64,000 nucleotides of DNA, from the NCBI GenBank assembly GCA_013239625.1, contig MU053594.1:124001-188000 (forward strand), in the 5' to 3' direction. Of the stretch, positions 12,504 through 24,305 are shown piece after piece (within the stretch, counting starts at the first letter, position 1; each line of letters begins with the position of its first letter). The translations under genes and the position numbers were made by a program. Source of the DNA: Lama guanicoe. Lineage: Eukaryota. The notes under the pieces are model-generated. The model saw only the letters and a list, made by a program, of their open reading frames with translations, was not told where the DNA came from and did no database searches.

Positions 12504-12601
12504 CTGAATGAGCCAGTAAGTGCATTCTCAGTCGCAAACTATCCAGGAACCGCTTTCCGCAGAGCTCACACCCGTACGTCTTCATCCCACTGTGCAGCTT
12601 C
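12504..12601 (-). CDS. ZBTB16: ZBTB16/PLZF internal coding exon (exon 3), end of zinc finger 1, linker and C2H2 zinc finger 2
   Basis: Minus strand reads polypyrimidine tract CTGTCTTTTCCTTTCCCCTACAG | G AAG CTG CAC AGT GGG ATG ... GCT CAT TCA G | GTAGGC. The exon is 98 bp (1+96+1) and translates to KLHSGMKTYGCELCGKRFLDSLRLRMHLLAHS, with a C-x2-C-x12-H-x3-H finger that I recognise as PLZF ZF2. Canonical AG/GT sites. Confidence 0.97.
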
Positions 12602-13280
12602 CTGTAGGGGAAAGGAAAAGACAGGTTGCTGCTGCTCTGGCTGGACAGAAGGCAGGCCCACCCCTACCTGGGGGCGCTGCAGCCATCCCTCCAGCAGGTG
12701 AACGAGAGGAAGGGAGGCTGAGGGCTTGGGAGCTGGAGGTGGGCACGGACGGAGACACATCCCTGGGTCCGCAGACAACCTAAACTGCCCCCTTTCCCCG
12801 TGGACAGTTTGCCAAAGAAGAATCTATTCCTGGTCTGATCCAAGGGCCAGAAGAATAGGGCACTTCCTATGCTTCACCTACTGACACACAGATCAAGGGG
12901 AAAAAAATATAATCAGATTCAGTTTCAGAGGGAGGGAGGAAGGAAAAAGCAGCAGGACAGGAAGACAGACATGACCCTCACAGTCCAACAGCACAGACCG
13001 TACGTGGAGGCCACTGGGCCTCTGCTGGCCTCTCTCACTGCGTTGTGCACATAGCTGGCTCCCCGCGGAGACCATTAGACCCAGGGCGGCAGCACCTCTA
13101 CCATCTTTCTTGCATATCCCGGCTCCCACACAGGGACTGGCACGTGGTAGGCTCTGAATAAGCTTATTAATAAATTGATGCCTCCAGGAACACAAGATGC
13201 TCCTCTCTTGGGGCATCTAGATGCTCTTAGAACCGCAGTCACCCCCCCCAACACACAGAGCTGTCCCCAAAGGCCCAGCC

Positions 13281-13675
13281 TTTTTTGTTTTTGTTTTTTC
13301 ATTCGGAGCATAGTTATTTACAATGTTGTGTTAGTTTCTGGTGTACAGCATAGGGATTCAGCCACATTTATTTTTTCATATTCTTTTTCACTGTAGGTTA
13401 TTACAAGCTATTGAATATAGTGCCCTGTGCAACACCATAAGACCTGGTTGTTTTATCCACTTTATATACAGTAGTTCGTGTTTGCTAATTCCAGACTTCT
13501 AATTTCTCTCTCCACCCCTCATCCCTTTTCCCCTTGGTAACCAACAGTCTGTTTTCAGTTTGTGATATCATGTGACATTGTCCATCTGACTTATCACTTA
13601 GCATGATAACCTCTAGGTCCATCCATGTTGCTGCGAATGGCATTATTTCATTCTTTTTTATGGCTGAGTAGTATT

Positions 13676-13724
<49 letters not shown>

Positions 13725-14129
13725 ACACACCACAACTTCTTTATCCAGTCATCTGCTGATGGACATTTAGTTTGCTCCCATGTCTTGGCTATTGTAAACA
13801 GTGCTGCTATGAACACGGGGGTGCATGTACATTTTTAAGTTAGCGTTTTCCCCAGATATATGCCCAGGAGTGGGATTGCTGGATCATATGGTAAGTCTAT
13901 TTTTAGTTCTTTAAGGAATCTCTATACTGTTTTCCACAGTGACTTCACCAAATTACATTCCTCCCAACAGTGTAGGAGGGTTCCCTTTTCCCCACACCCT
14001 CTCCAGCATTCACTGTTTGTGGACTTTTGAGTGACGGCCACCCTGACTGCTGTGAGGTGATACCTCACTGTAGTTCTGATTCGCGTTTCTCTGATAATGA
14101 GCGATACTGAGCATCTTTTCCCGCGCGAT
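13281..14129 (-). mobile_element. 5'-truncated L1 (ORF2 C-terminus, 3'UTR, poly-A), cetartiodactyl-type tail
   Basis: Minus-strand peptide EYYSAIKKNEIMPFAATWMDLEVIMLS is the L1 ORF2 C-terminus. T-rich tail at 13281-13300. Candidate TSD GGCCCAGC(C)TTTT at 13272 and 14130. Confidence 0.95.
13678..13722. repeat. (TG)n microsatellite inside the L1
   Basis: Direct reading. Confidence 0.97.
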
Positions 14130-15949
14130 GGCCCAGCTTTTCAAGTGTCTTCCCTCTTCTTCTTGCCAGAGATCGCGCCCTGACAGAAAGGAAGGTCTGA
14201 GGAAACCGGGTAACGTCATTCTATAAATGGATGGCAGGAGTAGCCTTGCTTGACTTTGCAGAGTACTTGCATGCCTGTTACCTGGTTTTACCATCACAGC
14301 AATTCTGTGAGGTGAACCTGGCACACGTGACCACCCCAGGAAGACAGAGGCCCTGGTACCCACTGGCACAGGCCCAGCCTACAGCAGTGTTCTGATCCCA
14401 GCTCCTAACCTGGGGCCTTTCCCCCCAGACCGCAATGCTCAGAAGCCCGCAACAGAGCTGGTGGGATGCAGAGAAGCAGGTGGCTAGTTGCGGGGTCAGG
14501 TGGTCTGTGAGCAGCCCGGCTGAGACTCTGAGCTTTGGGCTGGCATGGGGGCCGTCTGGCCCGGAACTCTGAGTCTCCTCCCACCCACACTCCTGTTCTC
14601 AGGCCTTTACGTGCCTCTGCCGGATACAGGATCCACCCCCACCCTGTCTCTGTGCCTTGCCCGCTGCCTCCACAGAGGCCTCAGCCAGCCAGAGGCAGGA
14701 GCTGAGGGCGGTGGGGCCGGCAGGTGGGCACACAAGGCCCCTTAGAGACACCAACCCATTGCGATCAGGATGTGGATGTGTTGAGACCACAGTAAAAGGC
14801 TGGAGAGCTGCCGCACTGCTATCAGATAAATGCAGGTGGGGAGGGGGGGATTACACACGCGAGTCAGCAGCGCCCAGATCACAACTAAACCAAGCCACCC
14901 ACTGCCACCACCTTCCAAATCCCATGAGAAACCACGTGGGCCCCGGGCCAGCCTCTTCTGTGACATAGCCTATGGGCCACATTCTAGGGGCTTGAAGACA
15001 GCGGACGGGGTAGAGTGTGTGCAGCTTCTGATCCCAATCACACCCAGTCCCCTCCACAGAACTGTTTCTCAATCACAGTTTTGTTTGCTGGCTTTCCCTT
15101 TACCCCCTTGCCAAACACAACAAACGATTTCTCAATCACAAGCGCGCACACTGCCCTCATCCATGACACCGTGCACCCCGCCCCCACACTATCTGGTTCC
15201 TGGCCCAGGCTGATCCAACCCAATTGAGAAACAGTAACAGTACAGAACATTTTAACTGAACATTCTCAGCTCTAAATATATTTCACAATGCTGGGCCCTG
15301 GGACATGTCCTAATAGCATTCCGGGCAAGGCACGTTTTAAAATATGGATCCAGGATTGTGTTTGTGTGTGTGTGTGCACACACAACCGCTGAGTGTGCCT
15401 ATCACTCGCCTGGGCAGCACAGATGTCTGCTGTCCTGAGAGCTGTTCCACGGAGCAGCCGAAGCTCTATTCATGAGTGATTCCACAAGTGAACCCCGTGC
15501 ACACGTTCATGGTCAGATCAGGTGGATGGCAGCGTATCGGTTCCAGTCTTACTGATTTCCATCCTTTTCTTCACTTGGGATTTTGTAGCTTCCGGGTGCC
15601 CACCTCTCAGGGGGTGGCAGTCAGGAAGAAGAGGAGGGCACACCCCCACTGAGATCTGTTTTCCCAAAGGACTCCGGAGCAACCGACCAGTCCTTAGGTG
15701 TCAGCAGCCACCACCAGGATAAGCACCCCCACACCCATCCTCGGACTCCCGTCTCTCCCCCTACAGGTTCCAGAGCAAATGAACACTTCCTGCCCTTTTT
15801 CTGGTGCGAACGGGTTTGCCTGGCAGCTGACGCCAGTGGCTTTCTTGACCGACTGGATGGCGTGGTGTGTCAGGCGCCATCCTTGCTCTTACCTGCTGCA
15901 GAGGTGGGGGCGCAGGGAAGGATGCCAGCAGCCAGATGACCTGACTGAT

Positions 15950-16110
15950 GATATTGGTCCTAACCTGGCCATTAGCTTGCTTTGTAACTGGCCAGATCAC
16001 ATGACCACGCCCTCTCTGCATTTTTTCACCTGTAAAGTGATGGCGTTATATCTAAGATTTTGTTATCTCATGGAGCCAAAATTTTATTCTTCAAAATCTT
16101 ACTCGTCCTT
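15950..16110 (+). mobile_element. MIR/MIR3 fragment
   Basis: ctctctgcattttttcacctgtaaagtgatggcgttatatcta resembles the MIR core. Confidence 0.55.
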
Positions 16111-16569
16111 CTAGCTAGCCTCCAAGGAATTCATCTGAGGGGCACCATTATTCTCTCCGAGCCACATTCCGCCGGTGTGATGTCTCACGATGCCTAGGCA
16201 GTCAGGCTAGGACAGCCCACGCCAAAAAAACTGACACCCATTCCCCGAAATCTATTCATTTCAAAACCTTCCAGTTCGGATGATCTGAGCTCCCACCTTC
16301 ACTCACTTGCAGTTTATATTTCAGTGGAAGAAACTTCCAGAGCTCAAGACCAGCTTTTCTTTGGAACCATTCTGCTGCCACGCATGTCCCAGCCTTCAGA
16401 GACATGGGTGTCCTCTCCTGCCCCACCTTTGCGGTAGGAACACTGCCCTGCACTGACCCACTGACTCAGTGTCACGTCCAGGTTCCCAGAGGCGAGTATG
16501 GCGTCCCAGTGATCCCACGTGTAGTTTGAGGACAAAGGTCCCGCCTCCCTGAAGGAGAAACCAGGGCAA

Positions 16570-16584
16570 AGCACACAATGTCCA
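16570..16584. promoter_or_regulatory. GRE/ARE-like palindrome AGCACAcaaTGTCCA
   Basis: Matches GnACAnnnTGTnC. Confidence 0.4.
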
Positions 16585-19500
16585 GAAGAGAAAAAGGGAA
16601 CAGCTCGCAGGCCTGGAGTTCAGCTGAGCCCAGCGCCCGTTCACCCGTCTCTTCATTATTGTTCAGACACCCCGGGACGGGTGTGAAGAGGTGGACGCTT
16701 CTAACTCAAAGGAAAGCGAACTGGCAGAGGGGAATCTGATTGCATTCGAGGGCCACCGGCAGACTCTTTACGGCACTGTCTGCACAACGGCCAACATGGA
16801 AATAGAATTCCCAACTGGCTCTGGAGTGAAAAGTACAAATTGGAGGAACTCAGGGTGTGTCACTCTAGACCACAATCCCCGCTCCTCCGCCACCACGGTA
16901 GGTCACTGCAAAGCATTTTGATTAAAATGGAAATTCTGTCCACCTCCTCCTTCCTTACACACACACTCATGTTTTCCCAGTCTGGCCCGGCCTTTTCATA
17001 AGGTCAGACTGCTCATGGCCATCTGAGGTCATCAGCCTCCCCTGCAATACAGGAAAGGACAGCTGGGGACATCTTTGCACCTTTCTGCATATACTGCCTT
17101 GGTTTTCACACTCTTCTCAAAGAAGCAATAGTGCTGAACCCTGTTTTGAAAGTAACCCAGTTCCAGGTGGCCCAAACATCTCCATTCTATACACAGTAGA
17201 GGATTCATGCCCCACCTCCCACAGGCTTCAGGTCCCTACCACCTACCTACTCTTGGGGAGCAGGCTCAGGTGCTCCCCCACCCCCAGGGCCACCGCACCA
17301 CAGCCTACACCTGGCCCGTTGGGTTAAACTCACCCTGAATGCAACAGATTTTCACTTTTGTCCAAAAAGAAACCGAAAAAAAGAGAGAGAGAGAGAGAAC
17401 CTCTAACAGGTTTCTAGCTTATTTTGTCAAGAGAACTGAATGATTATGAGAAATCGGAGGTAACAAATATGAACCTTTTAACAAGTAACTGGGGGGAAGA
17501 ATACATTCCTTCTTGCCAATTCTCAACCACACAGCTCTCACCAGTAAAATCAAACTTGCAAGATACATGCTCATTCAAACCACTTTTGTGCTATTGTGAG
17601 TCTGAAAATTCATAAAGGTTCATCTGCTGTAGACTGCAAAGTGTATAATGGCAGAAGCCATGTTTCTTTCTCCTTTTCTTCACAGGGTCTAGTTGAGAAG
17701 CGACTGTTTGATGCTGCAAAAGAAATTCCTCTAGCCGAGGGCTCTAGGCACCCCTCTTCTCATTCTAACAGTAGTCCGAATACGGGAGATGCCTCCAGCC
17801 CAGAGCTGGACCCCGTCCTGTGCTCCTGAAGTCCACCCAAGGAAGGCCAATGGCTACACCATAGCCCCATAAAGCCTGAACTTTGGACCAACCTCATCCT
17901 CAAAAGGAGCCTTCATCTCCCCAGCAGGCTAGACACAGCAGCAGAGCAAGTGACAGCAGGGAGAGACCGATGCCAGACTCCATCCTCCCCAGCCTCAGCC
18001 TCCAGGGACAGCTGCCCATAGCAGCTGCTCCCTAAGGGGCACCCTCTGTATCTGCTCCCTGCAGGAGAAGCTCGGCCCAACTCCATCCCACCTCCATCCC
18101 ACCCAGCCGGGGACTAAGAGGGGAATACTAGGAGAAGGGCCAGCCATACTGCTCGCCTGAGAGAGTGGGGTTCGAGGCCCCGCACCACCAATGTTCCATC
18201 TCTTCCCAAGTTCCTCTGCCCAGAGACAAATGGCAATGAGAATGGACCAGTGGGCGGGGAAAGTTCAGAGGGGGAATTCTGTTCCAGTAACCCAAGGGCT
18301 GCTCTCCCTCCCTCTCCTCCTAGGGAGGCAGAAGTGCCTGACCTGGGAGTTTTGCTGGGCAGACCAGCACTGCAGCCTAGGATCTGTCACAAGGGAAAGT
18401 GAGTGGGAGGGAACCCCGTCACTGGACCACTCTCCTCTGAATGAAGAAAGAGACCACGGGAAAGCCATCCTCCAAGGGCTTTCATATGATAACATTTCCC
18501 TTGTTCTCAGCCAGGAGTTATGACTCCATACCCTGAATCAACAGTCAGCTCTGGCCAGGGCAGCCCTGAAGGGCCTTGCAACCTAGCCTCTCTACTTGGT
18601 CTGAACTGCCCCACGTGCCAAAGTCACTCCAAGGCTTGAACTTCTGCTTTCTGATCTCGTGATCATCAACTTGACCTATGCAGTGCTTCCAGGGATACTC
18701 AGAACAGACCAGGATGGGGCAGGATCCTCTTCTCTCAAAAGCCTGCTGCCCCATGGCATCAAGACTGCCCAAGGTCCCCGACGCAGCATGCGCACCCAGC
18801 ACCAGGCTCAGCCCGCTCCCCTCCTGAGCAGAACCTGTCAGCTGGCCCTGACTTGCTGCCGTGTGTCCCTACACAGACACCGTGTGAGGCGGGTCCCTTC
18901 CCAGGCTCTGACAACGCTCTCAGTCTCCAAACGCTCTCAGTGACTCCTAAACCCTGTGGTAAAGAGAGCCTGGCCTGGCCTCACTCACCTCTCTGAGTAG
19001 AAACAAAACCAAGAGAGGGAAGAGCTTACCTACTTCAGCAACGGGCTTATCACCCTTCCTCCCCCAGACCGTCAAGTTCACAATGCACTTTCTCTATCCG
19101 CTTACCTTCAATTCAAATGACAAGAGGAAGGCGAAACAGTCAGTGACATTCTGGGCTCAAATTTTAAGAGGAAGAGATGAATGAATAGTTTCTAGGCTAC
19201 CAGAGATTTACCCCCCAAAAGCAACTTCCAGGGAGACGGCAGGGCATTTCCACGTGTGGTCCGGTCTCCTGTACCCTCTCCACATGCCTTTTTATGGGGA
19301 AGGAATACTCTGAATATTCCACAGGGACCTCTGGGATACTCAGGGAATGTTCCCTACCTTCTAAGGGTGGTGTGGCATCTTCTCAACGAATGTCTGTCTG
19401 CTACCAGCAATGAGTGACATGTTCCAGTCCCCGGGGGTCAACAGTCACACCCAGTGTCATTCTCCTTACGGACTTCCTTAGAGTATCAAGTCCACGATTC

Positions 19501-22269
19501 TGGACTAAGCCATTTGTAAGTTCTTCAAAAGTCTAAGCTCCTGGAGGACAGGAACCAAGTCTCTATTTCCAGCCCCCAGCCCCTCAGCACAGACGCAGGC
19601 AGCCGGAGCACACCCACAGAAAGCTCCTGCTAGTGACAGGCTGCCAACCACAGCAGGACAAAGGGATTCTTGACACGGAAATCCAGCCCTGGGGCTGCCT
19701 GGATTCAGACAGGAGGCCTGGTGCCCCCAGGGACAAAAAGGAAGGACAGTTCTAATCTTGGCTAGGGAATGGCTCACGTTCATTCTCTCAAGGCATAAAT
19801 AAGGAAAATTATCCTTTTACCCACTTTTTTTTTTAATGTTGAGATTAGACAGTCATTTGACAAGCTGTGAATGCTTAGCTGGTATTACCACAAATTACCC
19901 TTCCAGCAATAGAGTTCGTTGCTCTCTGACTAGTCAATATTAATAAACATTACCGAATGCTTTTACAACACAATTTATTTTTTAATACAGCTCTTTATGT
20001 ATGCCATAAAGTAAATATACCAATAAAAGGCAAGGATTTCAAACAACAGATATTTAAAAAGCAACCAAGACCTAACAGAGTGCTAGTTAACACCTTCCAG
20101 GCTGCAGAATGGGGGTGGGCTGAAGGGAGTGCCCCTCTGCTGGGAACCCAGGCCCGTGGGCTACGGGAGATGGTGGCCATTCGGTTGTTACAGAGCCTTT
20201 CAAAGGGAGGGAGACAGAATACCAAGGAAGGCATGTTTTCTCAAGAGTCTAGATTAGAAGTGTGGAATATTAACCAAAATACTAGGCTAGGGGCGGGGGA
20301 TCCACTCCAGGTCTGCCAGGAACCATCCAAATGACCTTGGTCAAACCACTTACCCTCCCTCCTTCTCACTCTACAGCTTTGCAGCAATGCAAGAACCGAG
20401 TCAGTGATTCTGCAGGTCCTTTCCCGTCAGGTTTACGACTCTCAACCCCTGAGGTTGACAGGGGTCTGTGCTACCCAGACTGTCACCTCCTTCGTGAAGA
20501 ATCCAGACCAGATTTATCCCCTCAACCTCTCTGTCACTGAGCCCAGAACAGAGGAGGGACTCAGTGCATCCTTGTTGAGTGGGTAAACAAACATGAAAGA
20601 GAATTCAAGGAGAAAAAATGCAGGGTAGAAAAAAAAACCCCACTGCCTCTACACGTATACACACATACACACATGAGTACAGTAACGGTTGTCCTCATCG
20701 TCCAAAAGAGAAGGGCTCCTTTGGGGTTCTTAGAAAGAAAGCCATGCATTCTGCCTTGGCTGGGGTTCAAGGCCAACCTGGAACTGACTGAAGAGTGGCA
20801 GGAGCTGTCCTGAGCCTTGAATATATAAGGGACAGTGGCATTGCCCGAGGCCATAGTACAGTGCTTTCAGATAAGGCTGCTTGAGAATGTTAACACGCGA
20901 CGTCAGAAATGACAAAGGGCCATGCTAATCTCCCTGCAGCAACTGCTCAAAGAAGGATCTTCATGGCTGCCCAGCACCAGGAGGCCTGGGCTTCTGGCTG
21001 TTACGTAACCGGGCCTTTGTCTTAAAATACCGACTTCTCCGAAGTCATTTATGTGAAATATCTCTATCAACAAATTTCACCAAGAACAAAAGTTCTTCAT
21101 TTGTGTACCAGGCTATAGGGTGATCTTATCACACACAATCTCATACAGTCCCTTTCAACAAGGTCTTAGCGTGCTTATCTGTGAAGTTCCTGGTAGCCAA
21201 ATATGATTGAAATGTTCTATTTATGCTCACTGGATTAAGGAGATGTTGCAAAACTGCACAAAAACCTGGCAGATGTAAGCAAGGTATTACAGCCCGGGCA
21301 GTTAAGATCTGAGGCAAGGGAATCAATATACACTTTGTAGTTTTCTTTCTTTCTTTTTTTTTTTTAAAGAAACCAGAAAAGTTGTGCTTTTAGAAAAGGG
21401 AAGAGGGAAAAAGAGGAAAAGGTCTTAAGATTTATAGCTTCTCGGAGCTTTTTCCAAACCCCAAACAGGGCACCATGATGCATGCTTGATGATGTCAGCC
21501 CAAGGGAAACAAAAATAAATCCAAAATATTCTCTCCAGATCCTAAAAGGCCCTACAAGGGAACTGAACGATGGTTATGGATGTACAGCATTCTTGCTTTC
21601 TCTCTTTCATTCCCATATGAGGCTCTCAACCAGCACAAATAGCCAATTTCTCGGAAAGCCCTTTTCAAAAAGCTACAGATTCCTCCTTCATCTTCCTGCT
21701 TTGCCTGCGTGTGTGGAGGAAATGCCGTCTCCTAGTTATTGAGGCTTATTTTTACCTGTTCTCACTTTAGCAGGGAAGCCAAAACACTACCTTTGAAATC
21801 CCACAGACCTGCCGCGGATCCTCAGAGACTGTTGCAAATAACTGAGGTTTATTAAGGGCCTGAGAAGGAAGTTCCTCTGGAATTAAATCCTTCTGAAAAT
21901 CTTCTTAATGTACATTGCCTGATTCTTTCCGCTTTAGCACACTGAAAATTGAATTACTTTTCTATGAGGATTCTGAGGCTTAGAGCCATCATTCTAAACA
22001 TCGGTTATGAACACAAGGCAGGGGAGTGGGCAGGTGAACCTGTCCATCTGTATGTCTCCAACCCCACTGTGAAAGTCATCGTCATTTCAATGAAGGAAAA
22101 AGGCAAAAACCAAATAAACAGCCACTTCTTTGCTGGCTCTTTTTTTTTTCTTTCTTCTAGAAAAATGCAAAAAAAAAAAAAGCAAGTTAACTGAGGTTTT
22201 ATAGTCATAACACCACTAAGGCATTTACAGATCATGTGTGACTCTGAAAAGGTCTCCTGAGAAACTTCT

Positions 22270-22380
22270 CAATTACCTTGTGTTTAGGGAAGAGCGTACA
22301 GTCCCCATTATGCGGATGAGGAAACTGAGGCTTAGTGACTTACTTTCCCGTGGAAGAAGATGGAAGCCTCCAGACTTCTC
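22270..22380 (-). mobile_element. MIR fragment
   Basis: gtccccattatgcggatgaggaaactgaggcttag is the reverse MIR core. Confidence 0.75.
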
Positions 22381-22769
22381 ACTGCAGGATCCACATTCAC
22401 ACTTACCCACCTGACAGAACACACACCCCACCCATAGCAGCCCCTCAGAGCTTCCCGCTAAAGGCACAGGAAAACCACCAGCAAGAGAGGAGATGCTGAG
22501 AGCGTGCCCAGGAATCACAGGCCCCTAATCAGAAAGCAGCAAGAACAGAGGCATGATTAAGAACACAGGTAAGTCCAGTGATGGAACCCAGAGTCCACGG
22601 CGGGCTGGGTCTCAAAGCCCGGAAGACCTCAGAGAAGACACACAGCCTCTCCCCCACTTCTGCTGTTTAATATCTGCTAAGCACCCACTGTGTGCTCGAT
22701 TCTGGGAAAGTAAGGATGCATCTGAGCCACAGCGCATCGGGTAGGTCCTACATCAGTGTATTCTCCATT

Positions 22770-22808
22770 ACTGATCTCCTTTATAGCACTTAACACAATT
22801 TGCAGGTA

Positions 22809-22839
<31 letters not shown>

Positions 22840-22949
22840 TACTAGTATTCGTTATCTTACTAGACTTCAGGCTACATGAAGGCAGAAGCCACCTGCTGTA
22901 TATCCTCAGAGTCTGGGACAGTGCCTGGTACTGAGCAGGCATTCAATAA
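22770..22949 (+). mobile_element. L2 3' region, interrupted; its tail resumes at about 24305-24342
   Basis: ctagacttcaggctacatgaaggcag...acagtgcctggtactgagcaggcattcaata on the left; ...cgaataaatgaatgaa tail after the L1 block. Contains (TA)n at 22807-22830. Confidence 0.7.
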
Positions 22950-24305
22950 TTTTTTTTAAACAACAGCTTTATTGAGATTATCTGCGTACCACAAAATTTA
23001 CCCTTTTAGAACCCACCTACATTGTTAGTGGGAATGTAATTTGGCGCAGCCACTGTGGAAAACAGTATGGAGATTCCACAAAAAACTAAAAGTAAAGTCA
23101 CCATATGATCAGCAATCCCACTCCTGGGCATATATCTGGAGTAAACTCTAACTTGAAAAGATCCACGCACCTCAGTGTTCATAGCAGCACTGTTTACAGT
23201 AGCCAAGACATGGACGCAACCTAAATGTGTGTTGACAGATGATTGGATAAAGAAGATGTGGTGTATATATATTTTTTTCAGTCACAAAAAAAAGAGTAAA
23301 ATAATGCCATCTGCAGCAACATGGATGGACCTAGAGATTATCATACTAAGTGAAGTAAGTCAGAAAGAGAAGGAAAAATCACATATGATGTCCAAAGAAA
23401 TGACACAAGATGAACTTATTTACAAAACAGAAACAGACTCACAGACATAGGAAACAAACTTATGGTTACCAAAGGGGACGGGGGCGTATAAATTAGGAGT
23501 TTGGCGTTAACAGATACAAACTTCTGTATGTAAAATAGATAAACAACAAGGTCCCACTGTATAGCACAGGGAACTGTGTCCAATATCTTCTAATAACCTC
23601 TTATAAAAAAGAATATATATAAATATATATATATATATAACTGAATCACTATGCTGTGCACCACAAACTAACACATTGTAAACTGATGATACTTTAATTA
23701 AAAAAAAATTCACCCTTTTAAAGTGTACCTTTTGATGGTTTTTAGTATACTCACAGAGCTGTGCGACCATCACAGCAGCTACCTAATTCCAGGACATTTT
23801 CATCACCCCAAAAAGAAACCCATACCTATTGGCGGTCGCTCCCCACCTCCCTACCCCCAAGTCTCTGGCAGCTGCTAATCTATCTTCCTCTATGGATTTG
23901 CTCTTCTGAACATTTCATGAAATGGAATCATACAAGAAGCCTTTTGGGTCTGGCTTATTTCATTTAGCATAAGATTTTCAAGGTTCATCCATTTTGTAAC
24001 ACGTATCAGTATTTCATTCCTTTTTGCCCCACTGTATGTATATACACCACATCTAATTTATCCATTTATCAGTTGGTGGACTTTTGCTTGTTTCCACCTT
24101 GTGACCATCACATACGTGTTCAGTGATGAGCACTTGCGTACAAGCTCTGTGTGTGGACATCTGCTTCTACTTCCCCCGGGTGTGCACCTAGGAGTGCAAC
24201 TGTCACTGCTTCTATGTTTCACCTTTCAAGGACCCGCCAGAATATCTTCCAAGGCAGCTGTACCATTTTACATTCCCATCAACAATGTATGAGGTTTCCG
24301 ATTTC
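22950..24305 (-). mobile_element. Old L1 (L1MB-like) 3' end, split by a younger L1
   Basis: tttattgagat...aaaatt(t/c)acccttttaaagtgtac...ttttagtatactcacagagctgtgcgaccatcac...aatggaatcataca is the typical reverse L1MB 3' end and is continuous across the inserted element. Confidence 0.85.
23009..23704 (+). mobile_element. Younger 5'-truncated L1 with 16-bp TSD
   Basis: Peptide MFIAALFTVAKTWTQPKC...WMDLEIIILSEVSQKEK is L1 ORF2 C-terminus, followed by 3'UTR and poly-A. TSD AAAATTTACCCTTTTA (22993-23008) and AAAATTCACCCTTTTA (23705-23720). Confidence 0.95.

Noticed and set aside
12151..12585. 144-aa ORF as a stand-alone zinc-finger gene
   Set aside because: Only the first 27 residues are real (ZBTB16 exon). 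The Met is internal and the rest is intron read-through past a canonical donor. Kept only as a speculative isoform.
23175..23450. ORF resembling a protein C-terminus
   Set aside because: It is a degenerate L1 ORF2 remnant, not a host gene. The same applies to 13485-13733.
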